Positions 1 to 14,400 of a stretch of DNA of 64,000 bases are shown one piece after another. Source of the stretch: Tubiluchus corallicola (Eukaryota; Animalia; Priapulida). The stretch covers positions 806,001 through 870,000 of the forward strand of contig JAQGDQ010000027.1 of assembly GCA_030141605.1 (NCBI GenBank), in the 5' to 3' direction. The notes below the pieces were generated by a model, which was not told the origin of the DNA, made no database searches, and saw nothing but the letters and a program-made list of their open reading frames with translations. Numbering within the stretch: the stretch's first letter is position 1; each line of letters begins with the position of its first letter. The position numbers were made by a program, and so were the translations under genes.

Positions 1-921
1 CCCATCCCTATATTGTGATGGTTTGATCCATTACGAGGGAATTGCATATCATCATTGCATATCAAGTATAAAACTACCGACATTGAACGGTCTCGTCTAT
101 TCAGCAGGAAAAAGGACAGGTGCGTGTACCGGTAAGCCTGTATTCGAACCGACCAGGAGGACGCGTGGTTTAGGTTTCCTACATGTTACTCGTTATTTTG
201 TGCGTTATATCCTTACTAGTATTGTTGTGACTAATGTGTAAGTCACTAAACAGCCATTAGTGCTAATATCTGTTAAATGAGCAACGGTAAAAAATCTTGT
301 CTTTTGCCTGTCTTTATCCTCGGTGGTTGGGACCTGCCGGCGTTACAATATTTTTTGTTTAAACTAGTTAGTAACAATGACTGATAAATATTAAAGGCTG
401 TGAAAAGCCAGAAGTAGCTTTATTGCATGAATTTATAAAATTTTAAGCCAACTTTACTTTGTTTCACGTTCTGACTCTCTCATTACGGAGGGAAATTGTC
501 CAAAAGTTGTTTTTTGTATTGTACAGGGTGTTCCAAAAGAATAGGTGCAGCAGAAATATGCTGACATTCTGTAACGTGCAGATCATATTACTGTACAATG
601 AAATCCGCTTTTAAGTGTTAAAGTCATAAAATAATTTAGTAATAGATTGCACTGCAATAACTGCTGCAAACGTGAGTCGTTAAAATTAACTTGCAGCATC
701 CTCACGTTCGTCAGGTTGGATGAATAACGTTTATTTGCCCAAAATAAATAAATATGGACTTCAGCGTTATGACATCATAGCGACGTATCAATAGTATTAT
801 ATTTGCATAAGTCCAATTATTCTACCGCGTAATTTGATTTTCTACCGTATTACTATATTTCTGCTCCACTTGTTTTTTCTGAGTACCTTTAGTATATTCA
901 CTAATAAAATTGTTTAACTAA

Positions 922-1300
922 TAGAGGTGACTATCATTCCATGTTTGATTCGATTCGACGAGTTTTTTTTATTTTAATTCGATTCTAAATTTATGGATTC
1001 GAACAATTCATCACTTCAACTGCATACGTTCTTTATCATTAAAACGTTTGAAACATCTTGCAATCAGCACGTTTTAGCTGCGATTTCTCTGCACAATTTT
1101 TAAACAAATTATTAGTGTTTTTACTGCAGAACAAAATCAGGTAATATGTATGATCTTTGTAAGACTGCTTTTTATTTGATTCGAAAATCTTTAAATAAAA
1201 ACTAAATAATTCGAATTCGATTCGGATTCGAAATCTTAATGTTTCGGATTCATAAATTCGATTCGATACGAATTCACTTTCTGATGGAAAATGCTCACTG
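922..1300. repeat. Probable non-autonomous DNA transposon with clustered (GATTC/TTCGA)n subterminal repeats
   Basis: Multiple ttcgattcg arrays at about 945-1005 and 1177-1275; termini not clean. Confidence 0.35.
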
Positions 1301-1355
1301 TTATTAACTAAAGCATATTAATAAACTTAGTCGAGCATATCACACTATCTTGCAG

Positions 1356-3040
1356 CAATGGCAAACAATGGACATTGAGAAATTTAAGGTATCCGTTAAC
1401 CATGGGCCTAAATACTCAGCATCCGAACTAAATGCGGAGGGCAACTACAACCGTTTGTTAGAAAGTTGTCCTTTTTACCAGCAACTTTCCAGAGAAACAT
1501 CTCATACTTTGTTTGAACACGTATTTGGTGATGGATTCGCGTTAGAAGTGCTCGAGGTTTTGGCAGGTAAGCAACAAACGAGTAAAAATTAACGCTTAAA
1601 ATACTTTGGTAAGAAACACATTTATAGAAACTATATTACTGCACACCAGTTTTGACCACAGTTTCTACTCCTTGTCTTTAAAAGCTGCTTTCTGTTTGTA
1701 CTCATTCTTGATACTAATATAACAGGAACTTAGGGTAGCCAGGTTTTGCCATACAAATGAAGCCCATTTTCAAATTCCCAAACTCTAGACTAGCCATTCG
1801 GTGCTTAAGATAGGGGATTACTTTTTTGTGAGTAATGAAACTGGTTTCGTTCATGTGTTCCAATCTTTTACTAGCTTGCTGGCACTGAAAATCTAAATAA
1901 CATACGTGGTGCTTACCAGATAACCCCTAAGAAACTTATCCTTTTTCGATCTTGTCAGGCGTCTTCTTACGATTTTCCAAATGTATCAATTAGATCAAGT
2001 GCCCCAAAGCAGTTAGTAATTAAGTTTGGCATCACATTAATTTTGGTTCGTAACCCTAATAATGGTGTTTGAACAGATCTAGCTAATCTGGAACATATTT
2101 CATGCAGTGTGAGTAGGGTTACAATGTAAGGCTTGCTGTGTTTCAGATTAACACACTAAGTAGAATTCTAAATCGTTGTTTTGCGTTTTAACTACGGGTT
2201 ATGTCCGTCGTTTACACTTTCACCCAGAAACAAAGTGCATGTGTTGAGATTGTAAAACAGTTTCAAATGCAAATTCTTTATTTCTTCATTCTTTTTAAAA
2301 CCTTTTTTTTAATTTAACCGCTGTTTTCACACATTCTTCGTGCCGACATGACTGGCTAGGATAGAAAAATGATTCACGGTGAACGGGATAGCCATCACTT
2401 CTTCAAAAATGATTCATTTTGGGTGCGTTAACTTTCCAGCAGCCATCTCCTAATTAAGCCTGCATTAGAAACATAAAAGCTCATGATAATTTCTTGCAGT
2501 TGGCAGGTAGATGCTGGCGCAGATTGTTTATAACTTCTCCAAATATTCTTCAGTCTCATCATAATAGATGTTCTTCATTTTTAATGAACAGCAATAATAA
2601 TAATAACTACTGGTAAAGTGACGAAGAAACCCACCTCTGACTGAGTGGTGGTAGGTTCGAGGCCAAGCGCAGTTCGCGGCTTTTTGTCAATTTGTTCCTC
2701 CAACAAAGCACTTTGTGCTTTTAATTTTTACTGCAAACATTTCGTTGCCATGTATAGTGTAACTTGTTTCTAGCTTCATTTACCTTGATTCTAGCTACTG
2801 ATGATATTTATTTGAACAGGTCCACCGGCTATCGTTTTTACCTGGAGACATTTCGGAAGATGGACAGGGCAATACGACGAATCTTCTCCTAAACCAACAG
2901 GCGAAATGATAGAGCTGTTCGGTTTGGTAATTGCCAAAGTTTCAGCAGATCTTGTGATCGAAGAATTGGAAGTTTATTATGATCCATGTAATATGGTTGC
3001 TACCCTGAACGGCAACAAACTGTGTCCTCATGTTGTATAA
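1356..3040 (+). CDS. Pathogen-related protein-like (plant PRP / SnoaL-like fold), last two exons 1356-1566 and 2820-3040; 5' exons not seen
   Basis: ttgcag|CAA and G|gtaag...aacag|GT join in phase 1, giving QWQTMDIEKFKVSVNHGP...GNYNRLL...FGDGFALEVLEVLAGPPAIVFTWRHFGRWTGQY...GEMIELFG..IAKV...LVIEELEVYYDP...*. This matches the recalled PRP motifs GFAWEVLxVYSGPPxIxFxFRHWG and EVYYDP. Confidence 0.8.
2606..2720 (+). mobile_element. Degenerate tRNA-derived SINE-like fragment
   Basis: B-box-like GGTTCGAGGCC at about 2654-2664, followed by a ttgttcctc..caaagcacttt core-like segment. Confidence 0.3.
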
Positions 3041-3225
3041 GATATTTAGTAACTGCAAAACAGTTTCTTAAAATCATGTTTTTAATTACGCATTATGCCA
3101 ACATAGAAAAAAGACGTTAAAAAACGTGTTAATAGTGTATGGACTGAAACACAAATTTCTTTGTTCAGTGACACCATCATTCATTTATAATGAGATGAAT
3201 TAGGACACACTGTTATTCGTGAGGA

Positions 3226-4238
3226 GTGGAATCAGGCCTACTAGCCCTTAGGCCAGAAACCAGAATATGTCATATTGGTAACAACCTTAGTCTTATAATA
3301 AAACAGAAAAACAATGTAAGTTTTCTTGGTATCTGTGTAGATAACAAACTTTCTTGGGATAACCACTTCAATAAAATTTACGATAAAATGGCATGCGGAA
3401 CGTCTTACTTACGGCAGGTAAAAGGTCAACTAACTAAACAGACAAACTTGTTAATTTTTAAAACTCTCATTCTACCGCAATTTTTATACGGATGCACACT
3501 TTTTCATGAAGTTTCAAGAGACTGCTATAACAAACTAAATAGTCTTCAAAATTATGCATTAAGATTAGTCGCTGGCTATTCAAATTAATCGTCCCTCATA
3601 ACAAATCAAACCTCTGCAACAGAATTAAGAACAACGTTTAACTCCCAATTTTACAAGCACATAAAGACTTCTACACAATCCTGTTTTTATATAAATACAT
3701 CAACAATATTAACACGCCCTTCATCAAAAATAAGCTTCCACTCCTCTTGGAGCCAATATTAAATCCAAGAACACACAATATTAAACAAATACGCACTAAT
3801 AACAAATACGGCAACAATTCTATCACTAAACAAGGAGTTCAACTTTGGAATACCCTGCCATCAAATTTAAAACAAATCAAGTCTTTCGACGAATTCAAAT
3901 CAAAATTAAAAATACATACATTAAATCGTTTTGAAAACCCAACATACGTAAACGATAATATATATTCATCCACAAATTTTATTTACCCACGTCCATTTTA
4001 AATTACATGTATATATTGTATATAGCCTATTATAATTTCCGTGTAATATTATAATGTATATTTTGTTTTAAGTTGTTTTAAATTTAAATAACTACTGGCA
4101 CAGTAGTTTTTAGTTTGCACTGGACGCATTTGCCTTTAACTGTTGTGTGAATTTTATTCTTATGCTGCGATGTTCTTTTATGCTTTTATAGTTATGAATA
4201 TCGATTTTTATGGCAAATAAAAATTATATATATATATC
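3226..4238 (+). mobile_element. 5'-truncated degenerate non-LTR retrotransposon (L2/CR1-like RT C-terminus plus 3' UTR)
   Basis: FLGICVDNKLSWDNH, LIFKTLILPQFLYG, LQNYALRLV and GVQLWNTLPSNLK...FKSKLK are typical LINE ORF2 C-terminal motifs. The ORF is broken by a stop or frameshift and ends in AATAAA plus (TA)n. Confidence 0.8.
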
Positions 4239-4564
4239 CTATGGTCCCAGCACCTGAAATTTCTTCTGCACCAGAAAAGATGTGAGAATTAACAATAATC
4301 GGGTAATTGTTATAAAACTCACATTACTGCTTATACTTGCTCACTCATTAGAGTTAATTATGATTACTCTTGTCACCTTCAGTGGCATTTGATGCACATT
4401 TGTTCATGGCATACGTTAGAGACTGACGGACAGCTTTGCTAGACTCCGATGGTTCCAGAACTCTTTGAAGTTTCAATTTCAAAAAGTTGATAGTCAAATA
4501 TAACACACTAGAACAACGGCTAGGTTCCAGACCAGGCTCCTCGTGATGACTCTGAGTATGATAG

Positions 4565-4912
4565 TGTTACGGAGACACCTGTGTCGGGTCAGGTGTAGGG
4601 CCCTCTACACGCCCTGCTTCCACGTCAGCAGTGACTCACCCCTTTCTTGTAGGTCCAGACGTCTTGTTTGGGCCTACACGTGGTGTAAGAAGCCAGCTGA
4701 CCTGGAATGCCAGTATAAAAGCGTGTAGAGGTCACTACAGCCTTGATTTCTGACACAGGTGCTCCTCGAGTGTAGTGCTGTTACTGAGTTAGTTAGTTAT
4801 TTTTTGCGCACGTGTATTTTGGTTCCTTATTTTTATTAGTGCTGTTAATAAACTCCGTACAGTGTAGTTTTGTGTATTTTGTTTTATGAGAGTTAGATGA
4901 CAGGCTATAACA
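4565..4912 (+). mobile_element. Solo-LTR-like repeat (related copy at about 35650-35900)
   Basis: TGTTA...TAACA termini with internal TATAAAA and AATAAA. Shares ctgacctggaat.ccag and ggtcactacagc.ttga.ttctgaca blocks with 35760-35825. No clean TSD. Confidence 0.45.
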
Positions 4913-5259
4913 GGTATAAGATACTAGTTTACAGACATTGATTTAGTTAATTAGCATAACATTTGTAATTAAAATTGACATTTGTAGTTAAGTAATCAGT
5001 TACACAACGATAGTAAAATGGATCTTCATGATGCGAAATATAAAGACCGCCATGCCATCTTGGAGTTCGACCCCCTGGGTCGAATTCAGTCCAATAGTAA
5101 TCGACGTCAAGCAAATTTGCCTATCGCTCCGCTTCCATTGTGACGTACGCTCACGGGAAACCGGGACATCTCGTGGGACTCATGCACCACACCTACGTAG
5201 ATTCTACATAGAATCAACACATCCTTGATCGTAGAAGCTACCGCAGGAAGGCTACGCAG

Positions 5260-6027
<768 letters not shown>

Positions 6028-7412
6028 CGTTTCTATCTTTATTCCATTCAAAATTAAATGTCGTTAAGTGGCGCTATTGTCTGGACTGAAACTTGTGTTT
6101 TAACCATCAAAAGGTCGAGTTCGGAGATCGGATCTACCTGTCGCTCCCGTGTCGCAAACGGGCGCATACAAAGTTACAACTGGGTTCATCACAGTGTAGA
6201 TCATAGCTTACCCTCTATTACCTATTCTGTGGTTCTCCAGTTCACAGCTGGCTGCATGGTGCACCTTGTGACTTACAACAGTGAAGGGCTGATCGTTGAA
6301 AGGATAAGCCCTTGCTGAGGCACCATTTGCTTGAATGAAGAAGCAAGGATTTACTCCAACTCTCCCCAATAAACTTAGTCTTATGATAATGTATATATGG
6401 ACAATCAACTTTTATCAAACCTCTCCTGTGGCGTCTTAGTTGCATTGTGCAGGTTCTACTAAACAGCTTGTGGCGTGTTAGCTGCAACGTGTAAGTTATT
6501 TGCTGCGTTGTTATCAAGTTGCTACGAAAGCCAAGCCAGGCCAGAGAACTGTGACATCTATCGGCAAAAATCAGCACTAAACATTTGTTTAAAGTTATCA
6601 GCAATAATGTTATTGTTTTGACCAGTAAAATTTCAAACCCAATCTTGGAATTATGTGTCAGTGTATAGCCTGGATTTTTAAATGCTTGTAGGATTTCAAA
6701 AATGGCAAAAACAAAGACTTTACAAGTCACTGTTTTAATCACTTTTTCATTTCCTCAAGATGACTGTTGCTGTGCAGTGAAAACGTTGATTTTCTTAGTA
6801 AAAAGCTAATAACATTTATTACAGCGGGTTATTTATGAAACGGACATTTTTCTTGTTATAAAGAATCTCAAGTAACTCATGGCGAACATTCGCCGGCTGA
6901 CAGATGAAAATCTACCAGGAGGATGGTGAGAAAGGTGAGATAAAGAATTTAAAAACTATCACTTTTCTAAAACATTTCGGAAGCAGAAGCTCCAAGAGCT
7001 CGTTACTCTCGGAAGAATTTATACAGATACTAGCTCCCAATGTGTGCATTATCTCTCTGTTTTCCCTCCTGAGATCAGTTATGAAGTCAAGAAAGTGCAC
7101 TGTTCCTCTGGATTTAGAAAGTCTTGCCTGTGTATTTCGTTTGACAAACTTAATTGTGCCATCCTGAAAACATGCATCTTTTGAAAACCGTGGATAATGA
7201 AATGACACGTAACTGGGAGGTCTCTGGCGCCTGTCAGCTCTTTCTTGGCAACCAGAATCGCTTGCTCGCTCATCCCTACTTTCATCATCACAACTCAAAC
7301 ATTTTTGCAACTTTGCACGCAAGTCAGTTTTAAATCGATTTTAAATTAGTCTAATTCATCATGCCAGTGAACTGCAACTATTATGCTTATGGATACAGGA
7401 AGTCATTTTTAT

Positions 7413-7830
7413 TAACAAGACTAGAATAAGAGCACCCAGGAAGTGTAGGCTCATACCCGGAAACCACTGTGGGCAAAATTCATTTTGATATTTCAATTTA
7501 ATCTGAATTGCCCTTTGATTTTTTTGAACCAAAAGCAATGATTTATCAACTCTTGTCCAGATGTATGCTCGCGCTAACTTTAATGATTATAGCTTTGTAC
7601 ATTCTCATTTTAATAGCATTTTTGATCTTATGGCCTTGACCTTTTAAACCCAAAATCGACGAGTTTCCAGTTCTGGACCACACACGTTGCCTGTGCCAAG
7701 TTTGGTGATTATAACTTTGTCTGTTTTTATTTTGTTTGGGAAACATACAGATAGACAGACAGACATGACTACATGTTCCCAGGCAGACCCTAACCATGTT
7801 CCCAATACCATCTGCAAGAGTTATTAATAA
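7413..7830 (+). mobile_element. Non-autonomous Helitron/Helentron-like interspersed repeat
   Basis: AACAAGA start, ccttgaccttt.aacccaaaatc and tgtgccaagtttggtga blocks, and an (ACAG)n microsatellite near the 3' end. This pattern is common in marine invertebrate HINE-like repeats. Confidence 0.5.
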
Positions 7831-8836
7831 ACCGTATCGTGCCTTAATGAAAATAATTAACCTAATGAAAAAACTGGGCCCTAATTGACCTCTAAACTTT
7901 TCCAGTCACCATAGACGTTTAATAATATTATAATTCGACTGGTACAAGCTTATGCGAACAATGATGTAAAATTACGACCATTTATAGAAAAAAACTGCGT
8001 AGAAATGTTTTTATTAATATTCACAATTATATTGCATAACGTATACATTGTCAAAATGCATTTACAATGCTATATGTTACATTAGTAAGCTTCTAAGTAG
8101 GCTATGCTAAATTGGAAAATCAAATCTAGCACTTACATCACCTAAATAAAAATTACAATTAATTACGGTAATCTTTAAAATGGACAAAAGTTTACACACA
8201 ACTGCTTTAAAATATTAAGTCATGACATTTCGTTTGTATTATAACAATTACTAACCGAGCTGTTATCCAAGATATTTATCTCCTGTTATAAATTCAGGAA
8301 AGTGGAATTGTTATTAGAATATAACAAAATCACACAGCTTCAGACAACGCTTATTTTTCTGATCTAATAACACCACATTCAATATTACAAGCATCTAATG
8401 CATTACGATATCTAATTACCAACTGCATTTGCATAAAGAGTAATTCATTCATCCCTATTTTTACACAGCTAGAATAATCACTCTCAGGATATTTTACCAA
8501 TTTTACAAAATTAGTGACTAGATATTTAAATATTTAAATAAACTAGCTGAGAGTTCAAATTGCATAAACAAACGGAGCTAATTGTTATTAGTCAGACCTT
8601 TTTGTATAAAAATATAAAAAATTTGTAGTAACAATAAATAAAATGATCAGTTTATTCTGTCATATACAATTACTCAAATATATAATTATGTAACAGTAAA
8701 AAATTCTAAAAACATATTCTCTTGTTTCATTCAATATAGCACATTCATATATTACATTAAAACACAAACGCAGAACATAAATAGACTTTGGTTACTGCAA
8801 AATTGGTGTTTTTTTCACGCATGAAGATTTTCAAGT

Positions 8837-11450
8837 TTAGTATCCTCCTTGGTCACCAAATATTTCCTCTATTCTTTCATTGTAGGGATTTTCTTTTCCA
8901 ACCACGTGTGGAAATTCTTTTATCAATTTTTGCCATAGCACGTCTGCAATTAGAGCATTGCCAATCTGAAAGAAAATCCAGATTTTAATCAGAATTTGTT
9001 TTCATAAACTGCTTCTGCAATTAATAACAGCATGGTGGCATTTCTGTCTATGATACGAGGTACTATAAGACTGTCCTGGTTGCAACAATGCTAGATGATG
9101 TATTTAATAATGATGAAACTTATGAATTATGAATTAAGCACTGGAAGCTGATGGTGCTACTGATTAATTGATTAATTATTCTAATTTATTTTCCAACTGA
9201 AAAAAGCATTTTAATCGGCAAGTTTAACATTGGTACTGAACACTATGAAAGATTTTGATATCCAGTGATTACATTTATGGTCCGTGTTATTAATTCTTGG
9301 GCAATGCTATGCCAGCAATTATAACTTAGAAAGTACTTTGTAACGTAATTATAAAAAACTTTCTAATTACATGGATTATGAGCAAAAATTTGGTTAAATA
9401 CTATCTTCTCTCTATACTGAGCTATATTTGATACTACTACGTTTGTAAATGTGTGGATACATTTGTCTTATTTGGCTGTAAAAACACTGCACCTTCACAT
9501 TAATGTAACATTTATCATGTACTCACCATATAAAGAAAACTGATCTTAACTTTCTGACAGACAGCAACTTGTCACTTGAGGCTGGTCATGTGACTATGCC
9601 ATATACATGTACATTAAACATTTGTACATGATAATGGATGTTTTTGATAAAATAGCCAAGCCAGTAAAATTAATGCTATAAAGACTGTAACTGTGCACCA
9701 GTAGTCCAACCTGGCTCATAAAAGTGATTACCTGATTTGGATGAAACCCATCAGCAGGCTCAATAAGCTCCCAAACTTCTCCGCCTTGCTCCACCCAAAT
9801 ATTAATTGCTGAAAACAAAAGAGCAAAGTAAGTTGAGAGAATAAGGTCCTAACCATATCATTCTAACTGCATTGCTTATTTTAGCAAAAAGAAAAAGCAG
9901 CCGAAATGTACCTTCTTGCATAGGACAACTGACAAAGTTGACGTCAAAATTCTTGAAAAGTGTGTGATATTCTTTTGCTACATCTGACATGACCTTAGAC
10001 AATTCTGCAGCCCTCTGTAATTGTAAAAGAACAGAAACAATTACAAAACCAAGAAGTGGCTTTAACAGAAAATTTTATACAGCCGTACAGATACACATTA
10101 CCAAGATTTTCCTACGTACTTAATGAATTTAATGAGTTTCTAGGTAACATAAAGTAACAAGGAAATTGTGTTAATCATCTCGTTGCGTGTTAAACTGCTT
10201 CCACTCGAAGTTACTAACCTAGCAGGCAAAGGTCATTGGATGCACACTGAATCAACATCATTCATCTACATCGAATCAACATTAAATAAAGGCTGGATTT
10301 TGAAATTTGAAATCAGTGCAGTTTGATTTTGATTTGGCTCATTACAGCTGATTCACCTTTGAAGTTTGTACCACTGCTTATGATGAGCCACTTCAGTCTT
10401 CATTTGTTAATTCCAAAAGGTCAAAAAACAGCTAAACTGGAATGGTGCGCGACGTCAACATTTCTTGCGCATCAACCTACAATATCCACTCGATGTCATA
10501 AAGGAACAAGGTGCTAGATGTGGTCATTAGTGTGCATTTAAAAACGCGTAGTTTTTACAATCTTCCCATATGAGCAGGCGGCTCATGACTCTGATCGCAT
10601 CAATCATCACTTGGGGGAATGTCTCAGTGGAACTACCATTTACTGCTCTAGCTGTAGGTACTGTAATCTTGTGAACTGACTGAAATTTTTTATGGCTTTC
10701 AAGTTGAATCCCCACCACTGTAAGCAATATTATATAAATGGTCGTACTTTTGGTATTTGAAATGGCACCATCTTGTAATGCCTTTATATCTTTCTTTCCA
10801 ATTCTTGCCAAAAGATGGCACTGCAGGTAATCCACAATAAACTCTACCAATACATCTACGGTGCATGTATTGAAAAACCACTAACATTAATATGGATTTA
10901 ATGGAAAACTAAAGTCATATTAGTAATTCAGCCTTCCGAAAATGTACTTTACACAATTTACCTGAGAAGTGAGGTCACGTATAGTTTCGTTTGTGTTCAT
11001 CCAGCCAAGACACGGTGTGACTAACAAACAATTAAACCAATCATACACGTCTCTGTATCTGACATCATTTCGTAACCTCCCGATCGGATGTATTCTGTCG
11101 TGTAGTGACTCGTACAGTAACCTACCATCAGCTAAACCACCCAACATCACATGACTACCATTTGGAAGTTTATCGTCCTGTGGCATACATTAACGTTTCC
11201 AGTTATAGAGAATTGAATAAAATAGTGGTTTAACACTATATAAAGATTAATGTTTTGGTATATACACCTTCCCATTTTCAAAATCCGAATACTGTAATTC
11301 AAAAATGCACAAAGAGCTCTAATAACATTACTTGATAATCAAGAACAAACAAGCATTTTCCACAATCCCAGTCATCCGTTATATGATTTTGAAAAGGTAG
11401 TGCCTACCAAAACCATGACTATAATTTTTATTACCATGCATAATAATTAT

Positions 11451-11483
<33 letters not shown>

Positions 11484-14400
11484 GTGCGTGCGTGCGTGTG
11501 TGAGAGAGAGAGAGAGAGAGAGAAAGCAAAAGAAAAAAGGTCTGAAAAGTGAAGAAAGAAGAGAAAAGATTAACATAAAGAATTTATTCATAATCACTTA
11601 GCGTGTGTCTTATCTTCAAACGATAACGTATGTACACGTGTGACTATGCTATCTCTGATGTCGTGAATAAACCAAGTTGGGAAGGCTTTATCGTGAAACT
11701 ATATGTTTACGCCTCTAGCAAACTTTGCTTGTTTTTCTTTTAAAAAATTAACGAAAAAATGAGATACGAAACAAACATTTTAGAATAAAGTAATAATAAT
11801 AATAATAAAATAAAAAGAACTCGGCAGTATCTACAGAAGTTTTGTCTGCTTTGTGTTCGTTTAAAGGGCCACTCACTAAAGAATACCGCAACTTAATTTC
11901 ACTTGTTCTGCATCATAGTCATTGACCACTATTTAATAAGTTTTTATTTAATTTTGTTGTTTTTTGTTTTGTTACTTTGGCCGCAGAATTTAAGTAGAAT
12001 AACTACATTAATTCCACCGTAGAACTTGCACTAAAGTACTACTCTACTAGTTTTATCGTTAAATCGACCATGCAGCATACACAGAAAAGGCTACGCAGCT
12101 CATTGCAGCATTTGTCACTTGTCAACTTCTTTTTACGTGGAACCTACCACAGAACAAGAGGTACACAGATTGTGTGCACGTGTGGCGTGTGTGTGTGTGT
12201 GTGTGTATTTAAGTATTAAATATTACTATATTAGTAACATAATAATAAAATAATAATAAACTTTACATTTCTGTTACGAATAGTTGCATATCATGTCATT
12301 TTTAATTCAAAAATACCAACTGTAATACATTAGCACATTTAGGGCCTAAATAGCCGCAATCAAAAAAGCAGATGGAATTTCATAAGCTTGCGTCCTTTAT
12401 GCATTCAAAAATTTATATAATAATGAAATTAGTTTAGCTTTCTGAAGTAATTTTAATAAGACAAAAAATGATTTTGTACCAGCCATTGGAGAGTGTCTAG
12501 TAGATTATCCCTCATCTGAGCAGGTGTTGTCATATGTGCTACAGTATCAGCATAACTAAAACACAAAAAATACAGAAATCATACGTATTTTGAAGATAAC
12601 TAAAGTAAGAATACAACATTAGTTAAGAAATGGTTAAATGCACAAAAGACAGATCAATGTGTGAAAATAAAAATTTTCAACAGCACTTACCGATTACACA
12701 CATCATTTCCGACTAAGGCTATGGCTACGAATGCAGGAAAGTCATTTTGTTTATCACGAGCTAAGCTGAAAAGAAATTCTTAAATAAAGAAAATTTCACA
12801 TTCTGTTAATTGTATTGGATATTCTGTATTATGAAAACTGTACAAATACCAAAGCCAAAGTAAATGAGTGAGTGGCAACAAGAGTGCACCTTGTTACAAA
12901 GGTAGATAATGCTGAACTTGACTGTAAACTGGATGGTTGACATGCATAGAAAAACTTTTTCTGTGTGACTACATATGCCATACTTCCTCCAGCCATTTCT
13001 ATTATTGAAAGAACATTTACATGAATTCTGAAAGTGACTGGAAACACCTCTGCTGGTTCAGTATCTCAGTATACAGGATTATTGATTATGGTGAGGTAGG
13101 TTCTCATCTTGCCACAACAGTTAGCATGAGTAAACCCTATTTATTTGCTGGATTTTGGGCAATATCTAAGTTGCAGCATTCCAAACTCCATATAGAAAAC
13201 TTGCTATATAACCATAAAATAATGCTAAAGTTAACAAGCATTTTTATTGTTTAACTATAATTGATAAATCTTATCAATCCATTTAAAAGTCACACCAGGA
13301 GCCATACGAAGGCCTTGAGATTTATATACAAAAGATCATAAAAGTCATAAAACTAGTCACATGAGAAGATAGATAAAAGAGACAAATAGGCTAATGTAAA
13401 ATGTGTGTAAAAAAACTTCCTGAAAAGTAGGCATAGAAAAGAAGATATTATCAATATTTAAGGACCAGATACAGACAAATAAAATAAGTTTGTATATCTG
13501 CAACACAGTGTTCATAAGACAATTACCACAAATTGTGTAAAGATGAAAAATAATAAACGGCACTTTCAAAACAGTAGGTTAGCTACTTCTACTGATAAAA
13601 AGGTTAATAAAACTTACGCATTTCTGTAAGATAGTAAATCATATGAGCTAGCACCTAAAAAATAACATTGAAAAAACTAGAATTTTTTCCAGAAGGCATT
13701 TAAACATTTTGGTGTTTAGAAAACATGGTTACAAGCTATACTGCAACAACAGCTTAGGCAAGCAAAAGACAAGTGAACAGCTATTGAAATTCAAGAAGTA
13801 TCACTTATTCTTCATAGGTTCAGAGAATGTCCATTATCCTGGAATTGCTAAAAAGGCTCTCAGAAAAGATAAAAAATGTGATGGATTCTTCATTAGCCCT
13901 GTTCTCTCAAACAACAAGAAGCTCACATGACGCGAAAAAAAATAAAATATATATATATATATATATATATATACATGAAAACTCTATTCAGATTATTACC
14001 ACATAAATGTGTATGTAATTTTAAGGTAATTAATGCCTGCAAACACAGGTATATATATATATACATATATACCTACCATTAACAGCAAGGTTTTGATAAT
14101 CACGATGTACACAATGATTTCTCTTCCACAATCTACGATAAATAGAGTCAGTGGGACCATGAACTATAGGCCAGGTGCTATTCCTATATCCTAGAAAAAC
14201 AAACAAAAAAATTTAACAACGGTATAATATGAAATCTGTTAACAGTACTACTTTACTTATTTCACAAAATATATGCTCTGCGAAAATATGCAAGACTAGC
14301 TTATGTAAACAAAATAACCAAATTTCATTTGATTACATTGACTGTAGTAGTATTCTTTTGTTAATAACTTCTTATTACAATGCAACCATGACTTTTTTTA

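Noticed and set aside
6200-7380. Decayed coding-like region on the minus strand, with faint resemblance to a DIRS/Ngaro tyrosine recombinase (KKELTGARDLPVT, CFFIQANG, HHAASCEL)
   Set aside because: Fragments lie in different frames and no catalytic R..HxxR..Y set is recoverable. A translated HMM search against TE proteins would be needed.
10527-10887. Short minus-strand ORFs in an AOAH intron (also 12829-13047 and 38856-39128)
   Set aside because: No recognisable motifs or splice fit; probably decayed TE sequence.
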